Source: Octopus vulgaris (taxonomy: Eukaryota). From it: a stretch of DNA of 64,000 nucleotides. How positions within the stretch are numbered: the first letter of the stretch is position 1; every line of letters starts with the position of its first letter. Of the stretch, positions 1 to 13,000 are shown one piece after another. Made by a program: the position numbers and the translations under genes. The notes beneath the pieces are model-generated. The model was given only the letters and a program-made list of their open reading frames with translations, was not told the origin of the DNA and searched no databases. The stretch is taken from assembly GCA_951406725.2 (NCBI GenBank), contig OX597815.1:190030001-190094000 (forward strand), written 5' to 3'.

Positions 1-476
1 GAGAAAGCAACCATACTCTGGGATATGCCGATACACACAGATAGAGAAATTAAGGCCAACAGACCAGATATAGTTGTCAGAGATCATGAAGAAAAAAATG
101 CTTTCTAATTGATGTATCAATACCGGCAGATGACAACGTGTCTCTAAAAGAAATGGAGAAACTCTCAAAATACAAAGACCTGGAAATAGAGGTAACTAGA
201 ATGTGGAATCTTAAAACAGAAACAATTCCTATCATAGTAGGTGCATTAGGCATGATAAAAAAATATTCAGACAAATACATAACAAAAACACCAGGACTTA
301 CAAACACATATAACATACAGAAAATTGCACTACTAGGCACTGCACACATCCTACGCAGAACACTTTCCATACAATAACCATCAGAGCATCACAACAAATC
401 ACAGCACATACCCAAGGCACACAGAGCTGCGCTCGGTAGCGAAGTGAAAGAACGCTATAAAAATAAAACTACTGAA

Positions 477-508
<32 letters not shown>

Positions 509-510
509 AC

Positions 511-540
<30 letters not shown>
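1..540 (+). mobile_element. R4/Dong-clade non-LTR retrotransposon 3' end (family A): RLE endonuclease domain, 3' UTR, (TAA)n tail
   Basis: Translation ILWDMPIHTDREIKANRPDIVV / CFLIDVSIP..KLSKYKDLEIEVTRMW..PIIVGALG..IQKIALLGTAHILRRTL (frameshift in the A-run near 91-99), followed by a (TAA)n tail at 474-540; near-identical copies at 51905-52317 and 60488-60700. Confidence 0.9.
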
Positions 541-541
<1 letters not shown>

Positions 542-705
542 GCATCGAAAATAACCTTAGGAATGAGAACCCAGGTTCGAAATTTCCCCAAGGCACCTGA
601 AGAAGGCTGGAGGGTATATCAGTTGAAATGTGTTAACAACAAACAAGATGAGGACGAATATCCATCAAATGTAAATAATGTAAATAATGTACATAATTCC
701 TCATT
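541..705 (+). mobile_element. Short (TAA)n-adjacent repeat with a degenerate hammerhead-like motif (probable Penelope pseudo-LTR fragment)
   Basis: Second copy at ~45405-45570, also directly after (TAA)n; motif GGCAC-CTGAAGA-A-GGCTG..CAGTT-GAAA at 592-634. Confidence 0.6.
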
Positions 706-760
706 GGCTTCCCTATTATTTGCTCATCCATTCAATTCTTGAACTGGCTGGTGTGTAGTG

Positions 761-1190
761 ACTTTACTCTTTTACTCTTTTACTCTTTTACTCATTTACT
801 TGTTTCAGTCATTTGACTGTGGCCATGCTGGAGCACCATCTTTAGTCGAGCAAATCGACCCCAGGACTTATTCTTTGTAAGCCCAGTACTTATTCTATCA
901 GTCTCTTTTGCCGAACCGCTAAATGACAGGGACGTAAACACACCACCATCGGTTGTCAAGCAAAGCTAGAGGGACAAACACAGATGCACAAACACACACA
1001 CACATATATATCTATATACATATATACGACAGGCTTCTTTCAGTTTCCATCTACCAAATCCACTCACAAGGCATTGGTCGGCCCGGGGCTATAGCAGAAG
1101 ACACTTGCCCAAGATGCCACGCAGTGGAACTGAACCCGGAACCATGTGGTTAGTTAGCAAGCTACTTACCACACAGCCACTCCTGCGCCT
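761..1190 (-). mobile_element. tRNA-derived CORE-like SINE (family S1), full length
   Basis: Minus strand begins AGGCGCAGGAGTGGCTGTGTGGTAAG (A box), GGGTTCAGTTCC (B box), CTTGGGCAAGTGTCTT (CORE-like), internal (TA)/(TG) microsatellite, (AAAAGAGT)n tail; more than 15 copies in the window. Confidence 0.9.
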
Positions 1191-1524
1191 TTGAACAATG
1201 TATTTCATTTCACAACGCTTCTTTTCATTTGGTTGGAAAATGGATACCAGTTACAGATGGTGGCAGGGGCTGGGGTCAGAGTTATAACAGACTGACATTG
1301 ATTCAAAAGCTGGTTTTGTATTCTCAGCCACTTAAAAAAATACCATTTCTGTTGTCGAAGATCCATCTCATGCGTGGAACTACTCAGCAATTTAGAAACC
1401 ACTGTCTTACTGTGAACAGTTCTTGTGAAAGAGATTAGAAAAATCTTCAGCAGCATTTCAAGAAACACTTAAAATTGGAATTCCGTTTGTCAATATGCTT
1501 AAAAGTTTCAGGATTTTGGCTGAA

Positions 1525-1529
<5 letters not shown>

Positions 1530-1570
<41 letters not shown>

Positions 1571-1580
1571 GGAGAGAGGA
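1530..1580. repeat. (GA)n microsatellite
   Basis: Direct inspection. Confidence 0.95.
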
Positions 1581-1929
1581 AAGTGAGGAAAGCTTACAAA
1601 GAAAGATTAACTTTTGAAGCTAAATGCTGAAATATAGCAGAGAAGTGCAAACAGAAAGACAGTCTGAGGCCCTGAAGATATGAGAATTGACTCTGTAATC
1701 CTGGAAGTACTTTCAGAATAAGCTTCAGCCTAAAGGCTGGATAGGATCAAGACACACTTAACTTAACTTTACTGTTGCCGTTGCAGTTGCAATGCACCTC
1801 TGATGAAAGGGCATTCTCCTGCTTTCTCTTGGTACTTGACTTAAAATCAGTCAGAGCTCGTTTTTGCTTCCTGTTTTTGTGGTGAGCAACAGAAGGAAGA
1901 GACACCATTATCATCATCATCATTATTAC

Positions 1930-2450
1930 TCTCCTTTTCCTCCTCCTCTTCATCCCCTCCTCTTCCTCCCCTTCCTCCCCTCCCCTTCATCCCCTCCTCT
2001 TCCTCCCCTTCCTCCCCTCCACTTCCTCTTCATCCCCTCCTCTTCCTCCTCCACTTCATCCCCTCTCCTCTTCCCCCTCCACTTCTTCCTCTTCCTACTC
2101 TCCATCCCTTCCTCATCCCCTCCACTTCCTCCTCCACTTCATCCCCTCCTCCTCCTCTTCCACTCCTCCCCTCCCCCACTTCCTCCTCCTCTTCATCCCC
2201 TCCACTTCTTCATCCTCCTCCCCTTCATCCCCTCCTCCCCTTCATCCCCTCCTCCTCCTCTTCATCCCCTCCACTACTTCCTCTTCCTACTCTTCATCCC
2301 CTCCCCTTCCTCCTCCCCTTCATCCCCTCCTCCTCCTCCTCTTCATCCCCTCCTCTTCTTCCTCCCCCTCATCATCATTGTCATCATTGTTATCATCATC
2401 ATCCACCTCCTAATCATCATCATCATCATCAGCAACACCACCACCACCTC
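1930..2450. repeat. Polypyrimidine (CCT/CTT)-rich low-complexity tract followed by (CAT)n
   Basis: Direct inspection; explains the Pro/Leu/Ser ORF 1864-2529. Confidence 0.9.
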
Positions 2451-2704
2451 TGTGGCTATTGCCACCACCAGTGTCCCATCCAGGTGGGGAACCTATATGC
2501 AAATGAAACCGGGAAACTGGGCCTTATGAGCACGAGACATGGCACAAGAAGGAACAAACAACAATAGCAACAATTCACCAATCACCTTAAAATGTGAAGT
2601 GTGTGATTTTCTTGTTGTGTTACTAGCATCAGTGAGGTCACCTTGTAATTCACAAGGCTTAAGTAACCCGCAGCAGAAAGGGAAACCAGGAGAGAGAGAA
2701 ATCA

Positions 2705-3120
2705 CTTTACTCTTTTACTCTCTTATTTGTTTCAGTCATTTGACTGCAGCCATGCTGGAGCACCGCCTTTAGTCGAGCAAATCAAGCCCAGGACTTATTC
2801 TTTGTAAGCCTAGTACTTATTCTATCGGTCTCTTTTACTGAACCACTAAGTTATGGGGATGTAAACACACCAGCATCAGTTGTCAAGCGATGGTGGGAAG
2901 ACAAACACAGACACACAAACACACATACACACACACACACATATATACATATATACGACAGGCTTCTTTCAGTTTCTGTCTACCAAATCCACTCACAAGG
3001 CTTTGGTCGGCCCGAGGCTATAGTAGAAGACACTTGCCCAACGTGCCAAGCGGTGGGACTGAACCCATAACCATGTGTTTGGTAAGCAAGCTACTTACCA
3101 CACAGCCATCCTGCGCCTAT
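2705..3120 (-). mobile_element. S1 SINE, full length
   Basis: Colinear with 761-1190. Confidence 0.9.
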
Positions 3121-4104
3121 TTAGGTAAGACATTAAAAGAAGTTAGAGCATGGTAGGAAGGAACAATATATTCCTTGCTGTGGGAGGGCGATTGTGGAAG
3201 GTGCAACGGAGGAGATGGTGTCAGAGGGTGAATAATAATGGAACAGAAATAGTAAAAATGAAGGGGGAAGAGAGAAAGAGAGAGAGAGAGTGTGTGTGTG
3301 TGTGTGTTAAGGTAATCCTGCAATGGAAATATTTGTCTCCAGCAAATAAGCTATCTTACCTATGTAAATATGGAAAAATGAATAGTAAAAAAATAAAAGC
3401 AAAAAAAGCATCAATTGGTTCATTTCTACAAAAAAAAAAAAATTTCTATGAAATCAAAGTTGAAACTTCATATATTACCAGTGCTTTTAATCAAATAAAA
3501 CATGAAAATGCCCTGGCTAATCTCCAAACCTCTGAATTACTTTGATTGGCAACTTTTCAGTAGCTGTTCATTGTAGCATGAATAGAGGGAGCCTTTTCCA
3601 GCCTAAATGAGATATATCAACTGAGTTATTTCCAAACAGTCAGTCTATCTTCTCAATTTTCTTTCTCTATCACATCTAAATTTATATAACCATGTTCTTC
3701 TCATGCTATTCAACATCTCACTTCTTCTACTCCAAGCACCAAGAATTCACACGTTGAATAATTCTCAAATATGTTATACTTCCTCTCAGAAATAATGATT
3801 TCCAAGATACATGAGCTGTTAGGTATTTGCTCACATTTAATAAAAAATTTCAACCAAGTATTATTTACTCGCTTCCAGGAAATCTCCATTTTGTCTTGAA
3901 TAACACCTCACGGAAGCATTTTGGCTTTTATAGATGACATTGAACTATCATAGCAAAGTTAAAATGTACTTTAATCATGAAAAATCACTGAAAGCTAAAT
4001 CTATTTTGTTGCTTAGCTGTTCCTTCTCGAGCCATGCATGGCTCATAAGGGCCAGTTTCCCACTTTCATTGGTGTATAGGTTCCCCACCAGAACAGGATG
4101 CCGG

Positions 4105-7100
4105 TCAACCCCAAAAGGATAAAAAGCAAAGATGACCTCAGCAGAATTTGAACTCAGAACGTAAAAACAGACAAAATACCGCTTAGCATTTTACCCAACT
4201 TGCTGCCCTAACCAAAATGATAACATCAGTTTCAAATTTTGGCACAAAGCCAGCAGTTACAGAAAAGGGGTTAAGTCAATTACATTGACACCTGTGTTCA
4301 GCTGGTATTTATGTTATCAACCCCAAAAGGTTAAAAAGCAAAGACAGCCTCAGCGGAATTTGAACTCAGAACGTAAAAACAGACAAAATACTGCTTAGCA
4401 TTTGGCCCAACTTGCTGCCCTAACCAAAATGATAACATTTTATCAACCCCGAAAGGATAAAAATCAAAGACGGCCTCAGCAGAATTTGAACTCAGAACGT
4501 AAAGACAGACAAAATACCGCTTAGCATTTGGCCCAACTTGCTGCCCTAACCAAAATGATAACATTTTATCAACCCCGAAAGGATAAAAATCAAAGACGGC
4601 CTCAGCAGAATTTGAACTCAGAACGTAAAGACAGACAAAATACTGCTTAGCATTTGGCCCAACTTGCTGCCCTAACCAAAATGATAACATTTTATCAACC
4701 CCGAAAGGATAAAAAGCAAAGATGGCCTCAGCAGAATTTGAACTCAGAACGTAAAGACAGACAAAATACCGCTTAGCATTTGGCCCAACTTGCTGCCCTA
4801 ACCAAAATGATAACATCAATTTCAAATTTTGGCACAAGGCCAGCAGTTTCAGAAAAGGGGTTAAGTCAATTACATTCACACCTGTGTTCAGCTGGTATTT
4901 ATTTTATCAACCCCGAAAGGATAAAAAGCAAAGACGTCCTCAGCAGAACGTAAAGACAGACAAAATACCGCTTAGCATTTTGGCCCAACTTGCTGCCCTA
5001 ACCAAAATGATAACATCAATTTCAAATTTTGGCACAAGGCCCAGCAGTTTCAGAAAAGGGGTTAAGTCAATTACATTCACACCTGTGTTCAGCTGGTATT
5101 TATTTTATCAACCCCGAAAGGATAAAAAGCAAAGATGACCTCAGCAGAATTTGAACTCAGAATGTAAAAACAGACAAAATACCCCTTAGCATTTTGCCCA
5201 ACTTGCTGCCCTAACCAAAATGATAACATCAGTTTCAAATTTTGGCACAAGGCCAGCAGTTACAGAAAAGGGGTTAAGTCAATTACATTGACACCTGTGT
5301 TCAGCTGGTATTTATGTTATCAACCCCAAAAGGATAAAAAGCAAAGATGACCTCAGCAGAATTTGAACTCAGAACATAAAGACAGACAAAATACCGCTTA
5401 GCATTTGGCCCAACTTTCTGCCCTAACCAAAATGATAACATTTTATCAACCCCGAAAGGATAAAAATCAAAGATGGCCTCAGCAGAATTTGAACTCAGAA
5501 CGTAAAGACAGACAAAATACCGCTTAGCATTTGGCCCAACTTGCTGCCCTAACCAAAATGATAACATTTTATCAACCCCGAAAGGATAAAAATCAAAGAC
5601 GGCCTCAGCAGAATTTGAACTCAGAACGTAAAGACAGACAAAATACCGCTTAGCATTTGGCCCAACTTGCTGCCCTAACCAAAATGATAACATTTTATCA
5701 ACCCCGAAAGGATAAAAAGCAAAGATGGCCTCAGCAGAATTTGAACTCAGAACGTAAAGACAGACAAAATACCACTTAGCATTTGGCCCAACTTGCTGCC
5801 CTAACCAAAATGATAACATCAATTTCAAATTTTGGCACAAGGCCAGCAGTTTCAGAAAAGGGTTAAGTCAATTACATTCACACCTGTGTTCAGCTGGTAT
5901 TTATTTTATCAACCCCGAAAGGATAAAAAGCAAAGACGTCCTCAGCAGAACGTAAAGACAGACAAAATACCGCTTAACATTTTGCCCAACTTGCTGCCCT
6001 AACCAAAATGATAACATCAATTTCAAATTTTGGCACAAGGCCAGCAGAATTTGAACTCAGAACGTAAAGGGTTAAGTCAATTACATTCACACCTGTGTTC
6101 ACCAAAATGGTATAACATTTTATCAACCCCGAAAGGATAAAAATCAAAGATGGCCTCAGCAGAATTTGAACTCAGAACGTAAAGACAGACAAAATACCGC
6201 TTAGCATTTGGCCCAACTTGCTGCCCTAACCAAAATGATAACATCAATTTCAAATTTTGGCACAATGCCAGCAGTTTCAGAAAAGGTTAAGTCAATTACA
6301 TTGACAACCTGTGTTCAGCTGGTATTTATTTTATCAACCCCGAAAGGATAAAAATCAAAGACGGCCTCAGCAGAATTTGAACTCAGAACGTAAAGACAGA
6401 CAAAATACCGCTTAGCATTTGGCCCAACTTGCTGCCCTAACCAAAATGATAACATTTTATCAACCCCGAAAGGATAAAAATCAAAGACGGCCTCAGCAGA
6501 ATTTGAACTCAGAACATAAAGACAGACAAAATACCGCTTAGCATTTGGCCCAACTTGCTGCCCTAACCAAAATGATAACATTTTATCAACCCCGAAAGGA
6601 TAAAAATCAAAGACGGCCTCAGCAGAATTTGAACTCAGAACGTAAAGACAGACAAAATACCGCTTAGCATTTGGCCCAACTTGCTGCCCTAACCAAAATG
6701 ATAACATTTTATCAACCCCGAAAGGATAAAAATCAAAGACGGCCTCAGCAGAATTTGAACTCAGAACGTAAAGACAGACAAAATACCGCTTAGCATTTGG
6801 CCCAACTTGCTGCCCTAACCAAAATGATAACATTTTATCAACCCCGAAAGGATAAAAATCAAAGATGGCCTCAGCAGAATTTGAACTCAGAACGTAAAGA
6901 CAGACAAAATACCGCTTAGCATTTGGCCCAACTTGCTGCCCTAACCAAAATGATAACATCAATTTCAAATTTTGGCACAAGGCCAGCAGTTTCAGAAAAG
7001 GGGTTAAGTCAATTACATTCACACCTGTGTTCAGCTGGTATTTATTTTATCAACCCCGAAAGGATAAAAAGCAAAGACGTCCTCAGCAGAATTTGAACTC

Positions 7101-9378
7101 AGAACGTAAAGACAGACAAAATACCGCTTAACATTTGGCCCAACTTGCTGCCCTAACCAAAATGATAACATCAATTTCAAATTTTGGCACAAGGCCAGCA
7201 GATTTTCAGAAAAGGGGTTAAGTCAATTACATTCACACCTGTGTTCAGCTGGTATTTATTTTATCAACCCCGAAAGGATAAAAAGCAAAGACGGCCTCAG
7301 CAGAATTTGAACTCAGAACGTAAAGACAGACAAAATACCGCTTAACATTTGGCCCAACTTGCTGCCCTAACCAAAATGATAACATCAATTTCAAATTTTG
7401 GCACAAGGCCAGCAGTTTCAGAAAAGGGTTAAGTCAATTACATTCACACCTGTGTTCAGCTGGTATTTATTTTATCAACCCCGAAAGGATAAAAATCAAA
7501 GACGTCCTCAGCAGAATTTGAACTCAGAACGTAAAGACAGACAAAATACCGCTTAACATTTTGCCCAACTTGCTGCCCTAACCAAAATGATAACATCAAT
7601 TTCAAATTTTGGCACAATGCCAGCAGTTTCAGAAAAGGGGTTAAGTCAATTACATTGACACCTGTGTTCAGCTGGTATTTATTTTATCAACCCCGAAAGG
7701 ATAAAAATCAAAGACGGCCTCAGCAGAATTTGAACTCAGAACGTAAAGACAGACAAAATACCGCTTAGCATTTGGCCCAACTTGCTGCCCTAACCAAAAT
7801 GATAACATTTTATCAACCCCGAAAGGATAAAAATCAAAGACGGCCTCAGCAGAATTTGAACTCAGAACATAAAGACAGACAAAATACCGCTTAGCATTTG
7901 GCCCAACTTTCTGCCCTAACCAAAATGATAACATTTTATCAACCCCGAAAGGATAAAAATCAAAGACGGCCTCAGCAGAATTTGAACTCAGAACGTAAAG
8001 ACAGACAAAATACCGCTTAGCATTTGGCCCAACTTGCTGCCCTAACCAAAATGATAACATTTTATCAACCCCGAAAGGATAAAAATCAAAGACGGCCTCA
8101 GCAGAATTTGAACTCAGAACGTAAAGACAGACAAAATACCGCTTAGCATTTGGCCCAACTTGCTGCCCTAACCAAAATGATAACATTTTATCAACCCCGA
8201 AAGGATAAAAAGCAAAGATGGCCTCAGCAGAATTTGAACTCAGAACGTAAAGACAGACAAAATACCACTTAGCATTTTGCCCGACTTGCTGCCCTAACCA
8301 AAATGATAACATCAATTTCAAATTTTGGCACAAGGCCAGCAGTTTCAGAAAAGGGGTTAAGTCAATTACATTCACACCTGTGTTCAGCTGGTATTTATTT
8401 TATCAACCCCGAAAGGATAAAAAGCAAAGACGTCCTCAGCAGAATTTGAACTCAGAACGTAAAGACAGACAAAATACCGCTTAACATTTTGCCCAACTTG
8501 CTGCCCTAACCAAAATGATAACATCAATTTCAAATTTTGGCACAAGGCCAGCAGTTTCAGAAAAGGGGTTAAGTCAATTACATTCACACCTGTGTTCAGC
8601 TGGTATTTATTTTATCAACCCCGAAAGGATAAAAAGCAAAGACGTCCTCAGCAGAATTTGAACTCAGAACGTAAAGACAGACAAAATACCGCTTAACATT
8701 TTGCCCAACTTGCTGCCCTAACCAAAATGATAACATCAATTTCAAATTTTGGCACAAGGCCAGCAGTTTCAGAAAAGGGGTTAAGTCAATTACATTCACA
8801 CCTGTGTTCAGCTGGTATTTATTTTATCAACCCCGAAAGGATAAAAAGCAAAGACGTCCTCAGCAGAATTTGAACTCAGAACGTAAAGACAGACAAAATA
8901 CCGCTTAACATTTTGCCCAACTTGCTGCCCTAACCAAAATGATAACATCAATTTCAAATTTTGGCACAAGGCCAGCAGTTTCAGAAAAGGGGTTAAGTCA
9001 ATTACATTCACACCTGTGTTCAGCTGGTATTTATTTTATCAACCCCGAAAGGATAAAAAGCAAAGACGTCCTCAGCAGAATTTGAACTCAGAACGTAAAG
9101 ACAGACAAAATACCGCTTAACATTTTGCCCAACTTGCTGCCCTAACCAAAATGATAACATCAGTTTTTAAATTTTGGCACAAGGCCAGCAGTTTCAGAAA
9201 AGGGGTTGAGTCAATTACATTGACACCTGTGTTCAGCCTGGTATTTATTTTATCAACCCCGAAAGGATAAAAAGTGAAGACTACCTCAGCAGAATTTGAA
9301 CTCGGAACGTAAAGACAGACGAAATGCTGCTAAACCTTTTGCCTTGTATGCTAATGATTCTGCCAGCCTGATACCTTC
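4105..9378 (-). repeat. SINE-derived satellite: about 30 units of 126 bp (S) and 212 bp (L) in a higher-order arrangement
   Basis: Unit starts (TCAACCCC) at 4105, 4317, 4443, 4569, 4695, 4907, 5108, 5320 ... 9039, 9253; units are the reverse complement of the Nin-domain-like SINE S2. Confidence 0.95.
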
Positions 9379-9629
9379 GTTATCTCTAACATTACATTCT
9401 TAGAGTCTTAACAAAAAAACATTAACCTGTAACCTTTCAGACTAGGTATTAGCTCCACTTAGCTGTTCCATTCCACTAGAAACGATGCCAGAGTTTCCAT
9501 GAATTTTTGTGTGTCTACTTTAAATTCACATTAATATCCCGTGTTTCATAATATGCTTACACAATAATGAAATACCAAATTTTATAATAAACAAAACTTA
9601 AGCACCATTGTGTTTCAAGTTTAAATGGT

Positions 9630-10330
9630 GATGGCACGTGGCTTAGAGGTTTGGGTATTTGGCTCACTATCATAAAGCCGTGAGTTCAATTCCCAGCAGC
9701 ACATAGAGTACTTACTTGTACTTGTACTTGTGGCGACATTCACCCTGGGTGGGTTGAGTCGGCTTCTTCTACCACCCTCGAGGTATCTCGAACCATGGCA
9801 GCCCACGCATAACGGTCCTGCGCCAGTTCACTGGAGATAGCGAGCCAGTCACGGTTCCATCGGTGCAGGCCGACCACCTTCAGACCCGTGAGCACGGAGA
9901 GGTCCTCCTTGATTGTCGTAGCCCAGGTCTTCAGCTGCCCGCCCTCGCATTTCTGCCAGTTGGGAAGTGGAGTTAGGAGAAGGACATCACGACTCAGTTC
10001 ACCCACTGGACGCCTACATGCATGGCCAAACCACCGCAAGCGCTGTTGCAGAAGGACAGATGGAAGAGGCTCCTTCCAGCGCATTGAGTCCTTCAGCAAG
10101 GCAATTTATTTCATATTGCTCCAGTCCATTCAGCTGGCAAAAGTGAGTTCCACTTGTATTTCAAAGGTTTAGCTTTGTCACATTCTATATTACACTGAAT
10201 CCCCTTAGGAACTACATTAAAAGCATATATGTATGCGGAGTACTCAGCCACTCACACATTAATTTCACAAACAGCTTGTTCTGTTATCAGGTCACCTGGG
10301 ATGCTCATTGCTACAACCAATAGAATGCCA
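9630..10330 (+). mobile_element. tRNA-derived SINE (family S4) interrupted by an RTE fragment
   Basis: Head GGCACGTGGCTTAGAGG..GAGTTCAATTCCC; the body resumes at ~10080 and matches 49839-50160. Confidence 0.75.
9712..10077 (-). mobile_element. RTE-clade LINE 3' fragment with (CAAGTA)n tail
   Basis: ORF 9740-10099 contains QQRLRWFGHACR..GGQLKTW..IKEDL..LAQDRYAW; degenerate target-site duplication CAGCACATAGAGTACTT / CAGCGCATTGAGTCCTT. Confidence 0.8.
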
Positions 10331-10336
10331 GTTAGT

Positions 10337-11000
10337 TACTCTTTTACTCTTTTACTTGTTTCAGTCATTTGACTGTGGCCATGCTGGAGCACCACCTTTA
10401 GTCGATAGATTGCAATAGACTGAACCCAGAACCACTGGCTTGGGAACGAAATTTGCTTAGGGGGGGCAAACCCAGGCCCAAAAATTTTTACATGTTTATT
10501 TACTCTATAATGTTTCAGTCATTTGACTGTGGCCATGCTGGAGCACCACCTTTAGTCAATAGATTGCAATAGATTGAACCCAGAACAACTGGCTTTGGAA
10601 TGAAATTTGCTTAGGGGGTGCAAACCCAGGCCAAAAAATTTTTTCATGTTTATTTACTCTTTTACTTGTTTCAGTCATTTGGCCATGGCCATGCTGGAGC
10701 ACCACCTTTAGTCGATAGATTGCAATAGATTGAACCCAGAACAACTGGCTTGGGAACGAAATTTGCTTAGGGGGAGCAAACCCAGGCCAAAAAATTTTTA
10801 CTTGTTTATTTACTCTTTTATGTTTCAGTCATTTGACTGTGGCCATGCTGGAGCACCACCTTTAGTCGATAGATTACAATAGATTGAACCCAGAACCACT
10901 GGCTTGGGAACGAAATTTGCTTAGGGGGTGCAAACCAAGGCCCAAAAATTTTTACATGTTTATTTACTCTTTTACTCATTTCAGTCATCTGACTGTGGCC
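10337..11000 (-). repeat. Tandem array of four ~155-bp units (S1 tail plus degenerate S1 head)
   Basis: TTTCAGTCAT recurs near 10359, 10513, 10669, 10823 and 10979; related single copy at 12072-12220. Confidence 0.9.
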
Positions 11001-11355
11001 ATGCTGGAGCACCGCTTTTAGTCGAGCAAATCGACCCCAGGAATTATTCTTTGTAAGCCTGGTACTTATTTTATTGGTCTCTTTTGCTAAATGGCTAAGT
11101 TACGGAGATGTAAGCACACCACCATCGGATGTCAAGCCATGTTGGGGGACAAACACAGGCACACAAACATACACACACTCACACACATACATATACATAT
11201 AAATATATACGATGGGCTTCTTTCAGTTTCCGTGTATCAAATCCACTCACAAGGCTTTGATCAATCTGAGACTATAGTCGAAAACACTTGCCCAAGGTGC
11301 CATGCAGTGGGACTGAACCCAGAACCATGTGGTTGGTTAGCAAGCTACTTACCCT
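10960..11355 (-). mobile_element. S1 SINE
   Basis: Colinear with 761-1190. Confidence 0.85.
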
Positions 11356-13000
11356 GAGAGTGTATTATGTGGATGATAATGATAGATACTCCATCAGTTT
11401 CAATGACAAACATGCAGTTACTTGATCAATTGATAAATCAACGTTTTGGTGGTTGAATATTCCATAGGCACATACACCTTAAATATCATTAGGAGGCAAA
11501 ATCCGCATGGCATGATATGTAATGACACTGACCGTTGTAATTACAGACTCAATCCATCTGATGGGCTTCCACACAGTTTCTATCTTATCAGTTTCATTCA
11601 AAAGACTTGGAATTACCTGTAGTTATGGTGAGATACGGTTACCAATGACATTTGTACTTGCAGCAGCATTCACCCAAGTTGGGTTGAGCCGGCTTTGACC
11701 AACAAGTTATCTACATCCCTCATGTATACTGAGCACATCCAATAGCCGGCTTTAACGTTCTAGCAGGCAAAGTAATGCATCTGTCTGTGGCCCCAAAATT
11801 CCAGTTTGTAAGTTCAATAGATGCCCCACTGGAAGAGCTAGTGCTTCAGATAGCACAGGCACTGTAGCCATAATGTTATTCATTGTAGAGATGTAGAGTT
11901 CATGTTCAGGATTTCCATGGGAATACAAGTTCACATGTGGTTCCCAGTCACTTTGGGATAGTGTGATCTGTAGCAGCTCATCTTGCCATTGATTGTCTGA
12001 TCAAGTCATTGATTCACTGATCAAATCATTGCTAATTATCAGAGCAGACATATTCTGGGTATCAATGCTTACAATAGATTGAACCCAGAACCACTGGCTT
12101 GGGAACAAAATTTTTTTTAGGGGGTGCAAACCCAGGCCCAAAAGTTTTTACATGTTTACTCTTTTACTCTTTTACTTGTTTCAGTCATTTGACTGTGGCC
12201 ATGCTGGAGGACTGCTACTTAGTCAAAAAAATCAATTTCACTTACAAGGCTTTGATCAGCCCAAGGCTATAGTAGAAGACACTTGCCTAAGGTGCCATGC
12301 AGTGGGACTGAACCCGGAGCCATGCAGTTAGGAAGCAAGCTTCTTACCACACAGCCACGCATACTCCATACATTGTATCTATTTATGCTATGTTTATAAA
12401 TAAAGAAAATGGGTATCAGTGTATAAACTATGTTAGTAACATATTTTTGTCTCTTTCTTGATTCACATTGTTGATTGTAAAGTTGTAATGGTATCAAATA
12501 CTTCATAATCGTAAAGGAGACTTTACTTTATATTGAATTTCTTTTCATTAGATTCTAAGTCAATATTTGTTATTGGGAAGGAAGAGGGTATGTATCTAAT
12601 TATACACCACAGAGAGGGAGAGTGGGGTGGAAAGGTAAAAGTATCGAGGTCAGTGGAATGTAAGGTAAAGTGAAAGTTAACCCTAGCAGAACATAAACTT
12701 GGAAGAGGGAAATACTGAAATAGTTACAGTAATCTATCTTGTCAAACTAATTACTTTGTATTAATCATCTCAGTTGCTCTCTATTTTACTTGGCTGCTGA
12801 TAAGCTAATTCTGGAGCCAACTAAATAGATCTGAAACTTCTTCAACCCTTTCTGAACTATATTTCTCGTGAGTAGACTGTCTCTGTGTTAGAAAGGGTGG
12901 AGGTGACTTGGGGAAAATTTACAATATCATTCATATCATAGCTAAATGATTTAATTCAAATTTTAATACTTTAATGAGGTGTGTCTTAAACATGTTTCTA

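Noticed and set aside
1205-1468. Short ORFs in non-repetitive sequence
   Set aside because: No recognisable motifs or convincing splice signals.
1864-2529. 221-aa Pro/Leu/Ser-rich ORF
   Set aside because: Translation of a polypyrimidine low-complexity tract.
4331-9011. Minus-strand ORFs with 42-aa repeats (MLSFWLGQQVGPNAKRYF..)
   Set aside because: A by-product of the 126-bp SINE-derived unit being a multiple of 3; the ORFs end in every 212-bp unit and no domain is recognisable.
4105-9378. CRISPR-like repeat/spacer array
   Set aside because: There are no unique spacers, the units are 126/212 bp and SINE-derived, and the context is eukaryotic with no cas genes.
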